From positions 2,543 to 66,542 of IMG/VR virus record IMGVR_UViG_3300036799_000108: a stretch of DNA of 64,000 bases. One strand, given 5' to 3'. A model generated the notes under the pieces. The model had not been told where the DNA came from, searched no databases, and was given only the letters and a program-made list of their open reading frames with translations. The translations under genes were made by a program, and so were the position numbers. Each line of letters starts with the position of its first letter. The stretch's first letter is position 1. The DNA is from a virus. Below, one piece after another: positions 43,473 to 53,611 of this stretch.

Positions 43473-46400
43473 ATCCGATTGCGCTGCACGGTGCGGCTTA
43501 TCCCGGCCGCCGCCCTGGCGGTGATCTGAGGCTGCGACGAGCGGAAGCTGTTCGCGTCAGGCGTCGAGATGTTGAACACCACATTGCCGGCAGGCGCTCC
43601 ACCGCCGTGGCCCTCGCGATCGCCGCTGGCGACGTGGCCGAGGACGCCCTCGAGGCGACTGTTCTGGTTGGCGGTGAGCACGCGCTCGGAGCGGTGCAGG
43701 ATGGCCGCGAATTCATCGTTGGCGAAGCCGTGCTGGAAGTGCGGCGCGAGGTCGAAGGCGCTCGCTGCCGTCGAGCGATAAGGCACCGTGTCGGTGCCGA
43801 CCAAGCCGCCCGTGTGGTAGAGGCCGGGAAGGTCAGTCGACAAAGGCGCAGGCAGTGCATCTGCCAGGGTCTGGGAGCTTTGCGCGAGACTGTCGAGGCT
43901 CGGCATACCGCTCGGCAGGGCACCCGCACCGCTGCCGCCCGTGAGGCCGAGGTAGCCGGGGCCGAGGAAGCCACCGGCCTTGTAGAAGCCTTCGCCGAAG
44001 ATCTGGTCTGGTATCCAGCCGAACAGGCCGCCGGCATGACCCGCGATCTGGCTCAGGAGGTCGCCGCCGCCTGATGATCCGGCCTTGGGACTCCCCGCAC
44101 CTCTTCCTCCGCCAAACAAGCTGCTCAATAAGCCGCCCAAGCCTCCCCCAGAGCTGCCGCCGCCAAGGCTGGCAGTCGCGCCAGCGCCAGCGCCCCCGCC
44201 GCCACCGAGCCCCAGCAGCCCGCCAAGCCACGACAAGATGCCGCCACCACCAAGGCCGGAAACAGCCGGCGCCACCTTCAGGGCGCCTGTCGCCACGTCG
44301 ACCGGCAATTTGGCGAGGCTATCGTCCGCCGCACTGGTGTTGTTGATCGTTATGTCCGTCGGCGGGATTGGCGGGATTGGTAGCGGAAGGCCATCGCTGC
44401 CGAGACCTGGAGGGACTGGTGGGATCGGCAGTGGAAGACCGTCACTTCCCATTCCAGGGACGCCAGCCCCGTTGCCGATGCCGGGGAGGCCGAGGCCGCC
44501 GCCGCCCACGCTTATCACGCGCATGGCGTTCATTGCTGCATCGATTGGCAGGCCGCCTGTGGTGCCGGTGAGGGCCTTCAGCGCGTCTGAGGCGACGTTG
44601 TCGTTGGCGGCGGTCTTGTCACCACCACCCAGCTTCGACAGGGCGCCTCCGACGTCGCCAAGCTCCGGGCGACCGCCGCCGAACAGCGCGTTGAGCAGCG
44701 GGTTGACGATGGCCAGTTTGCTGAATTCCTTGATGACGTCGTTGACGATGCTGCCGAGCGCGTCGCTCCAGACCTTCGCGGCGTCAGCGCCCTTCTGGAA
44801 GCTCGCCACCATGGCATCGCCGATCGTGTTCGCAGCGGTGGTGCCAAAGTCCTGCAGCTCCTGGAACCCGGCCTTCTGCTTGTCGACCTGGGTCTTGAGA
44901 TCGGCGGTCTGTTTCGCGGCATCAAGCGCGCGCTGCTGCTCGGCGTTGGGTGTCTCGCCAGGCTTCAGGTTCATGGCTTGACGCGCCTGCAGCGCAGCAG
45001 TCTGACGGTTGATCTCCTCCGTCGTGGCGCCGATCAACCTCGCCTCAAGCTGGAGCTGCTCGTTCTGCTTGCTGAGTTCTTGGATCATGCTGGCGGCAGC
45101 GTTCGTGCGCTTCGCCTCCGAGTTCCGATCGTAGGCTTCGGTCAGCGCGGTGACAGCGGTGGCATATTCCTTCGTGCCTTGTGCGCCATACTTCAGCGCG
45201 TCAACGGTCGCCCTCTCGAAATTGGCCGAGTGCTCCAAAAACTTGCCGCCAATTTCGGTCGCGGTGGTCAGGGCATTCTGGGCATTGGTCTCGCGATCGA
45301 GTGCGTCGACGGTATCCTTCAGTTCGCTGAGATGTCTCGCCTTCACCGCGTTGAGCCCAGCCGTCAGGGCCGTCTGGTCGACAATGCCGCCATTGGCGGC
45401 ACGAGCCGCCTCCCTATACCGTTCTTCCTCCATGGCCAGATCGCGCGCCGCGCCTGCGGTCGCCGCCAACGGGCGGTTGGCGTCCTCGAGGGAGCGCGTC
45501 ATCTTCTGCTGCTCGGTGATCAGGTCGGTGGCGTCGCCACGCAGCTTGTTGAGGATTTCAGAATAACGGATTGCCTCAGCCGAGGCCGTTTTGAAGGCCT
45601 CCTCTCCACCAGGAGTGGCAAGCGCCTGTTTAGCCCGCACGAGCGCGGCATCGATGTTTCGCTGCATGTCCTGTTGAGCAGCTTGGTTATCTCTGATCCG
45701 CACAGAGAGTGCGTCCTTGGACGCCTGAGTTGCCTTGTTGATGTCTTCTTGGCTGACACCACCGAGGTTCGTGGACGGCGTGCCGGCGAACGCCTGATCG
45801 AGGCCCTTGGAGATGATCTCAGGCGCAACCTTATGGCCGGTCTCGCGATTGGCTATCGCCTGGATGACCTGCCGCGCCACTTCCTTGTCATGCACATTGA
45901 GCGGCGCGTTCGGATCGATGCCAGTCTCGGCGACAACGGCCTTGATGTAGGCCGCGGTGTCGTTCTCGTTCGGGGGCGCCCATTTCGTGATCTGCTGCGC
46001 GAGCGTCGTGATCTTGTGCTGATCCATATTGATCTGCAACTGCCGCACGCCCGCGGCGATGCTCTCTTCCGGTGTGCCGAAGGTCTGGAAGCCCTTGGTG
46101 GCACCGGTCGGACGCAGACCGACCAAATTTTGCCCTGCTTCTGCTCCACCGCCCAATCCGACCTTGCGATCGATCGCGGCCAGAGCCGGCACATGGCGGT
46201 CAACCCAATCGCCGAATTCGCGGACCTTGTCGAGCGTCTCGAGAATTTTTCTTACGATGTCGAGCAAGGTCGCCAGCATATTCCCCAGGAACGTGCCGAT
46301 ACCACCGATGGCACCGTGTGTGCTGGTTAGTTCCTCAACGAATTTGTGCCATGCCGTTGCGAGCTTAGTGGTTTCGTCACCGGCACCGCTCGCTGTTTGC

Positions 46401-48781
46401 CGGATGATCTGTTGCAGCTTTTGGTAGGCCGCAGCGGTGCCATCGGTCTGCTGGGTGAGACGAAGCTGGTCGATCGCCGCCTGAGTAAGGCCGGGGAACC
46501 GAGACCCCACCTGATCGCGGAGCTTCTGGGCTGCTCCCGCGGCATCATCGATGCCATCAGCCAGGATCTTCGTGGCCGTTGGCAGGTCGCTGCCCAGCAC
46601 CTTGGAGAGGTCGTAGGCCAGCTTAATCATCTGCTGCAGGGCGTCGCGCGATCCCTCAAACCCGGCTGTCACCAACGTGCTCCCAGCCGTGAATGCGTCA
46701 GCTCTGGCGATCGGTGTCGTCGCAGCCAACTGGCGCGACGCCGCTTCGACATCCGCTGCCCTGGCAGACCTGGTGGCGAAATCCCCGCCAACAGCCCGCA
46801 GCCTGTTCCCCAGGTCGGAGAGGCGCTGGGCCGCCTGCTCGGCGCGGACAGTTATCAGGGCCAGGGATGCCGCGATGGCGACGATGCCAGCCACGATCAG
46901 GACAAACGGGTTCTTCGTGATCCAACCCATGATGGCGTTGAACGTGTTCGCAATCGCCGTTCCTAGCGCTTTGACCGAGACGCCAGCAGACAACATGACG
47001 TCGATTATCTGATGCCCCTGCTGGATCAGGGTCATGAAGATAGGCTGGCCGGTCGCAAAGCCCTGGAACGTCTGCACCGCCTGCACGCCCAACTGGCGCA
47101 TGGCGAACTGCGTCTGGCCGGTCGTGCCGGTGAGTTGGCTGAGCGTCGTCCCATGGGCTTTCAATGCCGGATTGGACGCGGCGTATCCTGCGGTCACACG
47201 CTCCAGCGCCGCCTGGGTCTGCTTGTGCGTGAAGCCCAGCTTCGCTGCAGCCGCTTCTACGAAACGCAACTCGGTTTCGTATTCCTTCGAGGCACGATAA
47301 ACGGGGTCGATCGCGGCGCGCAGCTCATTCATTCCAGAGACAGCGGCGGCCTCGGCCCGCATCATTGATACAGCCGCACGGTTTCGTGCCTCAGCGGCCT
47401 CGGTTGCCGAGATCGCGGCGAGCTTCTCTGCTTCGGCCACGCCTTCCATTGTCTTCTTGTAGGAGAGCGCCGCAGCCGCCAGCGGGCTGTACTTCGCCGC
47501 CAACGCATCCAAAGCTGCAGCCTGCTTCGCGACATCCTCGGGACTTATCGGGCCGAACTGCACGGTGCCCATTCGAGTATTCGCGGCCTGCGCTTGCGCC
47601 TGGGTGATTGGGCCGAATTGCTCCGACCCGTAGCGGGCGTTGGCGGCCTGCGACTGTGCCTGCGTAATTGGGCCGAACTGCTCGGTCCCATAGCGGACGT
47701 TGGCGGCATTGGCTGCCCTTCGTGCGGCCTCCACTTGTGCCATCGTGATTGGGCCGAACTGCTCCGACCCATAACGCATATTCTCGGCCTGCGACTGTGC
47801 CAGCGTGATTGGGCCGAATTGATCAGTCCCGCGACGAACATTGGCGGCATTGGCGGCCGCTCTAGCGACCTGCACCTCCTGCTCCATCACAGAAGCAAAG
47901 ACGCCCTCAAGCTCTTGCTGTCTCGCCGCACGGTTCACGTAGCTCGGCCCCTGGACGCCGAACTGGCTGGGGGACGGTATGGCTTGCTGCTGGCGCTGCT
48001 GGAACGCCTGGAATGAGCGAGCAAGCTGCTCGCCATACAGTTCTGCGCCTGCCGTGCCTGGTGGCGGCGTGACGCCGGCCAACCCGTAGGCCGTCCCGCC
48101 GGTCAACTGCATGGCACCGAAGCGACCGCCGATACGCGACTGAGCGAGAAGGCCCTGTGCGCGAAGGTCGCGAATGGCCGCCGAAGCACCCTGGCCACCG
48201 AGAGTTCGGTCATAGCCCAGTGTGGCGAGGCCCTGAATGTCCACGCGGCCTGTGGCAATCGCTTGCAGGATGTCCCGCTGCTGCTGTGTGACTCTCGGCT
48301 GCGGAGTGGGCGGCGGCGGCGCTCCCCTGACGTCGGCCACCATCTCGGCCTGCCCTCGTCGCACGGCCTGCATGACTTGCACGAGCTGCTGCAGCGCTCG
48401 CACTCGCTGCTCGGCGGTCGTGCCCACTGCCCCCATCGTCTCGGCAAATTGCTTCGCCGCGGTGCCGGCCGTGCCGAAGCCCTTCTCGACGGCCTCCATC
48501 ACGGTTTTGTACATTCCCAGATCGCGGCCGTTGGCGAAGGCCTTCTGCAACGTCTGGATCGTCTGCGCATACTTCTGCGCTTCGGCATAGCCATCGATAA
48601 ACTTGCGGGCGATCACATCGAACCCACGAGACGCATCCAGCAACTGCCGCCCCATGGCAGAGCTGGTCTGCGTGATCTGTTGCATCGTTTTCGTCGCCTC
48701 GGTGGCAATCTCGCGTAAGCCCTGTTTCATGGGCTCCGCGTTCATGCCGGCGACGATGGTGGTCCGCTTCTCAACGTCCAT
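43469..48781 (-). CDS. Tape measure protein with internal repeats and a lysozyme-like domain
   Basis: 1770 aa, Ala-rich; QQGHQI (lambda TMP motif); FGTPEESIAA..KWAPPNENDTAAYI domain; C-terminal FRSSQPQI. Confidence 0.95.
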   Translation of the reverse strand: MDVEKRTTIVAGMNAEPMKQGLREIATEATKTMQQITQTSSAMGRQLLDASRGFDVIARKFIDGYAEAQKYAQTIQTLQKAFANGRDLGMYKTVMEAVEKGFGTAGTAAKQFAETMGAVGTTAEQRVRALQQLVQVMQAVRRGQAEMVADVRGAPPPPTPQPRVTQQQRDILQAIATGRVDIQGLATLGYDRTLGGQGASAAIRDLRAQGLLAQSRIGGRFGAMQLTGGTAYGLAGVTPPPGTAGAELYGEQLARSFQAFQQRQQQAIPSPSQFGVQGPSYVNRAARQQELEGVFASVMEQEVQVARAAANAANVRRGTDQFGPITLAQSQAENMRYGSEQFGPITMAQVEAARRAANAANVRYGTEQFGPITQAQSQAANARYGSEQFGPITQAQAQAANTRMGTVQFGPISPEDVAKQAAALDALAAKYSPLAAAALSYKKTMEGVAEAEKLAAISATEAAEARNRAAVSMMRAEAAAVSGMNELRAAIDPVYRASKEYETELRFVEAAAAKLGFTHKQTQAALERVTAGYAASNPALKAHGTTLSQLTGTTGQTQFAMRQLGVQAVQTFQGFATGQPIFMTLIQQGHQIIDVMLSAGVSVKALGTAIANTFNAIMGWITKNPFVLIVAGIVAIAASLALITVRAEQAAQRLSDLGNRLRAVGGDFATRSARAADVEAASRQLAATTPIARADAFTAGSTLVTAGFEGSRDALQQMIKLAYDLSKVLGSDLPTATKILADGIDDAAGAAQKLRDQVGSRFPGLTQAAIDQLRLTQQTDGTAAAYQKLQQIIRQTASGAGDETTKLATAWHKFVEELTSTHGAIGGIGTFLGNMLATLLDIVRKILETLDKVREFGDWVDRHVPALAAIDRKVGLGGGAEAGQNLVGLRPTGATKGFQTFGTPEESIAAGVRQLQINMDQHKITTLAQQITKWAPPNENDTAAYIKAVVAETGIDPNAPLNVHDKEVARQVIQAIANRETGHKVAPEIISKGLDQAFAGTPSTNLGGVSQEDINKATQASKDALSVRIRDNQAAQQDMQRNIDAALVRAKQALATPGGEEAFKTASAEAIRYSEILNKLRGDATDLITEQQKMTRSLEDANRPLAATAGAARDLAMEEERYREAARAANGGIVDQTALTAGLNAVKARHLSELKDTVDALDRETNAQNALTTATEIGGKFLEHSANFERATVDALKYGAQGTKEYATAVTALTEAYDRNSEAKRTNAAASMIQELSKQNEQLQLEARLIGATTEEINRQTAALQARQAMNLKPGETPNAEQQRALDAAKQTADLKTQVDKQKAGFQELQDFGTTAANTIGDAMVASFQKGADAAKVWSDALGSIVNDVIKEFSKLAIVNPLLNALFGGGRPELGDVGGALSKLGGGDKTAANDNVASDALKALTGTTGGLPIDAAMNAMRVISVGGGGLGLPGIGNGAGVPGMGSDGLPLPIPPVPPGLGSDGLPLPIPPIPPTDITINNTSAADDSLAKLPVDVATGALKVAPAVSGLGGGGILSWLGGLLGLGGGGGAGAGATASLGGGSSGGGLGGLLSSLFGGGRGAGSPKAGSSGGGDLLSQIAGHAGGLFGWIPDQIFGEGFYKAGGFLGPGYLGLTGGSGAGALPSGMPSLDSLAQSSQTLADALPAPLSTDLPGLYHTGGLVGTDTVPYRSTAASAFDLAPHFQHGFANDEFAAILHRSERVLTANQNSRLEGVLGHVASGDREGHGGGAPAGNVVFNISTPDANSFRSSQPQITARAAAGISRTVQRNRM
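47550..47850 (-). repeat. Five QFGPI(T/S)xAQ repeats in the TMP
   Basis: DNA repeats of the form GATTGGGCCGAA(C/T)TG. Confidence 0.85.
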
Positions 48782-49196
48782 GTGACTGCCTGCGCTGACT
48801 TTGCTGTTCTCGCCACGCCTGATGGTCTTTGCGGCTTTCCGCCTGCGCGACCAGCCACAAGCGGTCGAGGATCAGAATGGTCTTCACCTCGGACGCACGA
48901 ATATCGGTGCCGGTGAGACCGGCCCATGCGGCGATGTCACTATAGGAGAAGGGATTCGGTCCCCAGCCATTGCCACCGCGTGCGATGTGCAATTCCTGGA
49001 ACCAGTCCCAGAGGTACGACAGTTCCAACGGCATGTCGGGACCGTCGAGGTCGGGAGGTCGGCGGCCTGTCTGACGTTCGACGCTCTCGAGAATCTCCCG
49101 CGCTGTTGCCTGGCCATCGGCAGTTACGCGGCTGAGTCTGAATTCATGCTCAGCGAAATCGAGGAGTTCTCCGAGGGCGTCGGGCGGAAGTTTCCC
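48771..49196 (-). CDS. Tail assembly chaperone T segment (gpGT via -1 frameshift)
   Basis: The -1 frame is open from the slippery site to 48771: KLPPDALG...YLWDWFQEL..AW..L. Confidence 0.85.
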   Translation of the reverse strand, partial: GKLPPDALGELLDFAEHEFRLSRVTADGQATAREILESVERQTGRRPPDLDGPDMPLELSYLWDWFQELHIARGGNGWGPNPFSYSDIAAWAGLTGTDIRASEVKTILILDRLWLVAQAESRKDHQAWREQQSQRRQSHGR

Positions 49197-49585
49197 AGGT
49201 CATTGACGAAGTTCGAGACCTGATCACGCAACCACTGAACGTCATGATAGAGCGCGAGGGCATTTTCCGGCGTGCATGGCTCGTTGATCGGCGTGCCATC
49301 CGGCATCGCAAGGCACCATGCCTTGGTCAGGTGCGCCAGCTTCTCGATGACGTTTTCCTCGATGTCTTTGGCCGCGGCCCGCTGCGCGCGCCGGCGCAGG
49401 GTCTTGTCCAGCAGCCTGCGATCGATCCGACGACCAATGTCGCTTTGAGACGGATGCAGCTCGATCCAACATTCCTCGCCCGTGTCGCTGCGCACGATGG
49501 GTTCGGGCTCCCACGGGTTCATCAGTGTCATCCTCGCGGGCGCCTCCGAGATTTGGAGCCCAGCGAACTTGCTATTCAACGCCAT
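49124..49585 (-). CDS. Tail assembly chaperone G
   Basis: Between tube and TMP; ends QVSNFVNDLGNF, typical of the family. Confidence 0.88.
   Translation of the reverse strand: MALNSKFAGLQISEAPARMTLMNPWEPEPIVRSDTGEECWIELHPSQSDIGRRIDRRLLDKTLRRRAQRAAAKDIEENVIEKLAHLTKAWCLAMPDGTPINEPCTPENALALYHDVQWLRDQVSNFVNDLGNFRPTPSENSSISLSMNSDSAA
49190..49196 (-). other. Programmed -1 ribosomal frameshift site G GGA AAC
   Basis: X XXY YYZ heptamer in the G frame that joins the T frame; frames checked by hand. Confidence 0.88.
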
Positions 49586-49689
49586 AATGTCTCCCCCTGC
49601 CGGTGGGTGATGGGACGGCCCCGGCAGGTGCCGCCCCACCCCTCGAACGCGCGCGCCGAAGCGCTATCCCGCTGCCGATCGGGATCCGT

Positions 49690-51036
49690 TTATTCCGCTG
49701 CCATCGCCATTCGGGATGCGCGTGATGGCATGGCCGCCCCACTACCGAGGTCGACGCCGGCTGGAGCGACGAGGGTGCTGCGACCCAAACTGGCCGGCGC
49801 CTCCGTGTCGCTGATGACGATGGTGGTCTGCGGCATGCCTGCCGCGGATCCTACATACTTCAGCGCCTGGAAGCCGAAGCTGACCGACTGGCCGCCCTCG
49901 CCCGTGAGATTGATCGCCGCGGTGCTGAACTTCAGCCGAGGCATGAAGATCGACATGGCCGGACTGTTGGCGGCGGACGACGAGGTCATCGTCAGCAGGA
50001 AGCTCACCTCGGCCTCGTTGATGAAGTCGTCGATGAGATCCTGGCTATCGAGGAACGCGGTGATCGTGCCGGTGAGGTTGGCGCGGCCAAGGAAGATCTC
50101 GGCCGAGAAGTTCTGGCCGATGACCTCTGCCGGGGTCGGCGTGAGGTTCATCGTCATGTCGGCCGAGGTTGCCACCCCGACTTTCTCAGTGCCGAAGTAG
50201 AGCGATCCGTTGACGGCCGTCAGCACGGGCGTGTTCGTCTCGGCTGCGGGGTCCGTGAAGTAAGGCCCGGTCGCCGGGTCAAACTGCGCACGACCCAGCA
50301 CGTTGAATTCGACCGTGCCCATACCGGTTGCCGGGAGCGCCAAGTGGTAGCTGCCGATGCGGCACTCACGATAGAGCCGCGCGATATTCAGATCCTCGTG
50401 GAATACCTCGACCCCGAACTTACGCTTCACGAAGTTCGAACTGGGCACCATTGTCGTCGCGCCAGGCGCCGCCGCCGTGAAGGTGGTAACCGGCACGGTC
50501 ACATCGGCGGTCGGCGCTGGTGTCACAGCCACCACCCGATTGGTGGTGCCGCTGAAGCCGAGGACGGTGAAGTTGGTGTTGTCGACCACGCTACCGGAAC
50601 CGGTCACCCTGATGACCGATCCGACGCCGAAGCCCGCAGCCACAGGATCGCCGCCACCGAAGGTGATCGTGCTGGCCGACTTGCTTGCGGCAATGCTGGT
50701 GAGCGTCGTCTGATCAGCCGTGGCGCCGGCAGTGCGTGTGTCGCGGTGCACGGCCTCGAAGAAGTCCATGTAGGTGCCGAGGCTGATCTCGCCCGCGATG
50801 TTTCCTTCAGCCCGCTGGACGCCATGTCTGAAGTCCACGATCTGTCGGTCATTGCGAATTTCCGCCGACTGATACGTGTTCTTCGCCAATGACAGCGTGC
50901 TGCTGACGCGACGCAGGATCTGGCCACCGGTCGGTCCGGGCGCAGTGGTCGGATCATCGAGTTCGTTCGCGGTGATGTCGCCCGTTGCGTAGGCGGCATA
51001 AGCTATTCTAGCTGAAACTCCTTCTGAGAGCGGCAC
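49690..51036 (-). CDS. Major tail tube protein
   Basis: AAGGAGG RBS + GTG; LSLAKNTYQSAEIRNDRQ..DFRHG; internal extra domain. Confidence 0.88.
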   Translation of the reverse strand: MPLSEGVSARIAYAAYATGDITANELDDPTTAPGPTGGQILRRVSSTLSLAKNTYQSAEIRNDRQIVDFRHGVQRAEGNIAGEISLGTYMDFFEAVHRDTRTAGATADQTTLTSIAASKSASTITFGGGDPVAAGFGVGSVIRVTGSGSVVDNTNFTVLGFSGTTNRVVAVTPAPTADVTVPVTTFTAAAPGATTMVPSSNFVKRKFGVEVFHEDLNIARLYRECRIGSYHLALPATGMGTVEFNVLGRAQFDPATGPYFTDPAAETNTPVLTAVNGSLYFGTEKVGVATSADMTMNLTPTPAEVIGQNFSAEIFLGRANLTGTITAFLDSQDLIDDFINEAEVSFLLTMTSSSAANSPAMSIFMPRLKFSTAAINLTGEGGQSVSFGFQALKYVGSAAGMPQTTIVISDTEAPASLGRSTLVAPAGVDLGSGAAMPSRASRMAMAAE

Positions 51037-51114
51037 GGTCACCTCCTTGACTAAACAGGGAATGCGGCGCCTCTCGACGTCGCTGGACGTCTTGCCCAAG
51101 GACGGCTTAGGGCC

Positions 51115-51894
51115 TTACCGAACTCTCAATCCGGTAATAGGTTTGTCTGTAGGTTTTCTTCCGGCCATGCTGGTCAGCATCCGTGCGCGATATTCTGGAT
51201 CGCGCCATCTGGCCGCCTGATCGCTGCTTTGCTTTGCTCGGTGGGGCTCCATGGCGAGACGTTTCTTTTCCGCGTGGTCAGCACTCTGCTTTTTGCCGCG
51301 CCATGCCTTGCCAGCTAGGGCCGCCCGCTCTGGCGACATCTTCTTGCCCTTAGTCCGAGCTATGGATGCCTGAATGGTGGCATCGCTTGGCCTACGCCCT
51401 TTTGCCACCTCGGAACGTCTCGTCCGCTCCTCCGCGCTCTGCTTGCGTCCTCTGTTCTTGTTCGCAGCCTGCTTTATGGCTGCCGCCCACTTAGGACTTT
51501 TCCGCCTGCCGTCTGCTGCCTTTCGTTGCGCATCAAGTGAAAGGGCGGCGGCGCATATGGCATCGCCTCCATCCGTGATGTTGCCGAGCGGCCCCAGCAT
51601 TCTGTAGTAGGCGATCCACCAACGCTCTACGGCCTGCCATTCAGAGGATTCGACGGTCTCCAAAACCATCAAACCTGGGCGACCTCCGTCAGCAATTATC
51701 TCCCGTATAGTCGGCCCTGATCCGCACTGGCGCCCGGCTATAGCGTCGCAGATATGAGCGCGAAGTCTTTGCGCCGGCCGATTTATCGTCTTGCCGACGT
51801 AGAATACGCGCCCATCGCGTGGATCAGTCAGCACATAGATCGTGACAGGTCTCGCCGCACGCGCCGTACGCGCGGTAGCCTCATCATCAGCCAT
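51115..51894 (-). CDS. GIY-YIG homing endonuclease with NUMOD3-like C-terminal repeats
   Basis: IYVLTDPRDG..FYVGKT..RL..H; E..WI; basic GRKQS.E repeats. Confidence 0.88.
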   Translation of the reverse strand: MADDEATARTARAARPVTIYVLTDPRDGRVFYVGKTINRPAQRLRAHICDAIAGRQCGSGPTIREIIADGGRPGLMVLETVESSEWQAVERWWIAYYRMLGPLGNITDGGDAICAAALSLDAQRKAADGRRKSPKWAAAIKQAANKNRGRKQSAEERTRRSEVAKGRRPSDATIQASIARTKGKKMSPERAALAGKAWRGKKQSADHAEKKRLAMEPHRAKQSSDQAARWRDPEYRARMLTSMAGRKPTDKPITGLRVR

Positions 51895-51910
51895 CGTGTA
51901 GCTCCAAGAT

Positions 51911-51983
51911 ACTCGGTGGTCAGGAGCCCATTCGCTGTTTCCGCAGCGATGGGCTCCGCACATTTCAGCAGTTCACTCCGAGT
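51911..51983 (-). promoter_or_regulatory. Structured leader of the GIY-YIG gene
   Basis: 14-bp stem 51923-51957 with one bulge, enclosed by an outer ACTCGG/CCGAGT pairing. Confidence 0.6.
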
Positions 51984-51989
51984 CGGGCC

Positions 51990-52463
51990 TCAGCCCGGAA
52001 AGCGGAACGCGAAGACTTCGAGGTAGCCGCGCGTAAACCAGACGCCATTCTCGGTCGGGCCCCAGTCGAAGCCGCTGCCGGAACCGATGAACGACAGATC
52101 CCATTCGTCCTGTTGCACACGATACGAACGGAAGATCGCGGTCGCGGCGCTGATCAGTCGCAGCGCCTCGTCCTCATCACCAATGGTCACCGAAGCGAAG
52201 TTGCGCAGGATGACCGAGCCATACTGGACGCGGAGATTACGAAAGCGCCCGCCGCCGAAGCCGATGATCTCCTCGCGTCCGAAGTCGATCTCGTTCCTGA
52301 AGAAGTAGGGCAGTCCCATTCCGTTGCTGCTGTGGCCGCTGATCGGATCGATCAGTGGCAGCGGCTCGTTCTCGCGCCAGAGCACCGGCACGTCGGTTCG
52401 CGTCCAACTGGCAGTCCAGGCCGCCATCACGGCCTGCTTTATGACCAGATAGAGGTCGTCCAC
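51990..52463 (-). CDS. Putative tail terminator / completion protein
   Basis: Synteny; FGGG..R..YG.V..F..G.E..AL. Confidence 0.7.
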   Translation of the reverse strand: MDDLYLVIKQAVMAAWTASWTRTDVPVLWRENEPLPLIDPISGHSSNGMGLPYFFRNEIDFGREEIIGFGGGRFRNLRVQYGSVILRNFASVTIGDEDEALRLISAATAIFRSYRVQQDEWDLSFIGSGSGFDWGPTENGVWFTRGYLEVFAFRFPG

Positions 52464-52466
52464 CTG

Positions 52467-53258
52467 TCACTCGCGGTTGGTGATCAGGATCGATGGGTAG
52501 CGGACCTGGGTCTCCAGCATGCCGTGCCGGGTCCGCGGCGAGTGGCTGTGACGCCAGCCTCCCTTCTCGAAGTGGCGCGGGATCATGCCCTTCGCACTCA
52601 GCGTCCAAGACCCGGAGAGATCGGCATAGCTGTAGGTGAGGTTGGCCAGATTGCCGAACTTGCTTTTGGCGACGATGGCCGTCTCCTCGACAATGTGCGG
52701 CGCAACTTGCCTCACGAACGCTCGGCCGGATTCCGTCTTGCCAACCTCCAGGCGCCGCGCATACGGCACGCTCGCGACGAAGCGGACCTCACTGGTGTCC
52801 ATGTCTATGTCGGCAAGCTCGCCGGGCGAGCCGTCGATGAAGATCAGCAACCCCTCAATGTAGCGGCCAGTCAGACGCGGCGACCGCTGCACCAGCGCCT
52901 CATAGGTGCGCGTCGCGATCTCCGGCATGTAGTTCCACAGCAGGACGATGGTGCTGTCGGGCGTGATCGCGCTCAGCGGGGCGTCAGCGACCCCATCAAT
53001 GACCTGTCGCCCGAGTGGAGCTATCCCGCCCGACCGTGCGCTCTCCTTAGCTACGACCTCCTGGCGGGCGGCAATCGTCTGTTGTTGCAAGGCCTCGATG
53101 GCGGCTTCTTCCGCCAGATCCTTGATGCCGGTGACGATGTTACGCTGCCACGCGTCGAGCTGGTCGGCGCTGAACATCACCGGCAGGGCGGCGCCGGGGA
53201 CCGGACGACCCTCCTTGCGCCAGGAGACGACCTCGCGGCCGGACCAGGACGCGGCCAT
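52467..53258 (-). CDS. HK97 gp10-like neck/tail completion protein
   Basis: SPRLTGRY and VPYARRLEVG motifs. Confidence 0.7.
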   Translation of the reverse strand: MAASWSGREVVSWRKEGRPVPGAALPVMFSADQLDAWQRNIVTGIKDLAEEAAIEALQQQTIAARQEVVAKESARSGGIAPLGRQVIDGVADAPLSAITPDSTIVLLWNYMPEIATRTYEALVQRSPRLTGRYIEGLLIFIDGSPGELADIDMDTSEVRFVASVPYARRLEVGKTESGRAFVRQVAPHIVEETAIVAKSKFGNLANLTYSYADLSGSWTLSAKGMIPRHFEKGGWRHSHSPRTRHGMLETQVRYPSILITNRE

Positions 53259-53611
53259 CAGCCGCTGCCTCGCAGCGTCAGGTCGTGACGGACATCCATG
53301 CCGAGCAGGTCACGGCTGGCACAGCCGAGGATCATGGCGGAATAGCGCTCGTCGATGATGTAGAGCAGATCGCCGCGGCGGGGCGGCCCAGGCCACTGCT
53401 TCGCCTCGATCTCGGTGTTACTGATGATGCAGAGGCGATCGATCTGTGCGACGCCGCCCGCCCGCTCGATCTCGTAACGCATCTCGGGTGTGGCCACAGT
53501 CACCCGCGCCATGCACTGCACATCGAGGCGCATGCCGACGGCGGTCATCCGCCGCAGGATCACCGGCTTATCCGAGCCAGACAGGAAGCTGAAGGTCGCG
53601 CTGAGCTGCAT
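53258..53611 (-). CDS. Putative head-closure / stopper protein
   Basis: Synteny; PRRGDLL; coupled. Confidence 0.65.
   Translation of the reverse strand: MQLSATFSFLSGSDKPVILRRMTAVGMRLDVQCMARVTVATPEMRYEIERAGGVAQIDRLCIISNTEIEAKQWPGPPRRGDLLYIIDERYSAMILGCASRDLLGMDVRHDLTLRGSG

Noticed and set aside
51115-51990. Group I intron hosting the GIY-YIG gene (also considered for the HNH genes)
   Set aside because: Flanking genes appear complete with their own starts and stops, and no P/Q/R/S core was recognised
27257-51990. 13-bp match AGGCCCGACTCGG at 27257-69 and (reverse) 51978-90
   Set aside because: Matches of this length are expected by chance in 64 kb of GC-rich DNA, and the contexts are unrelated
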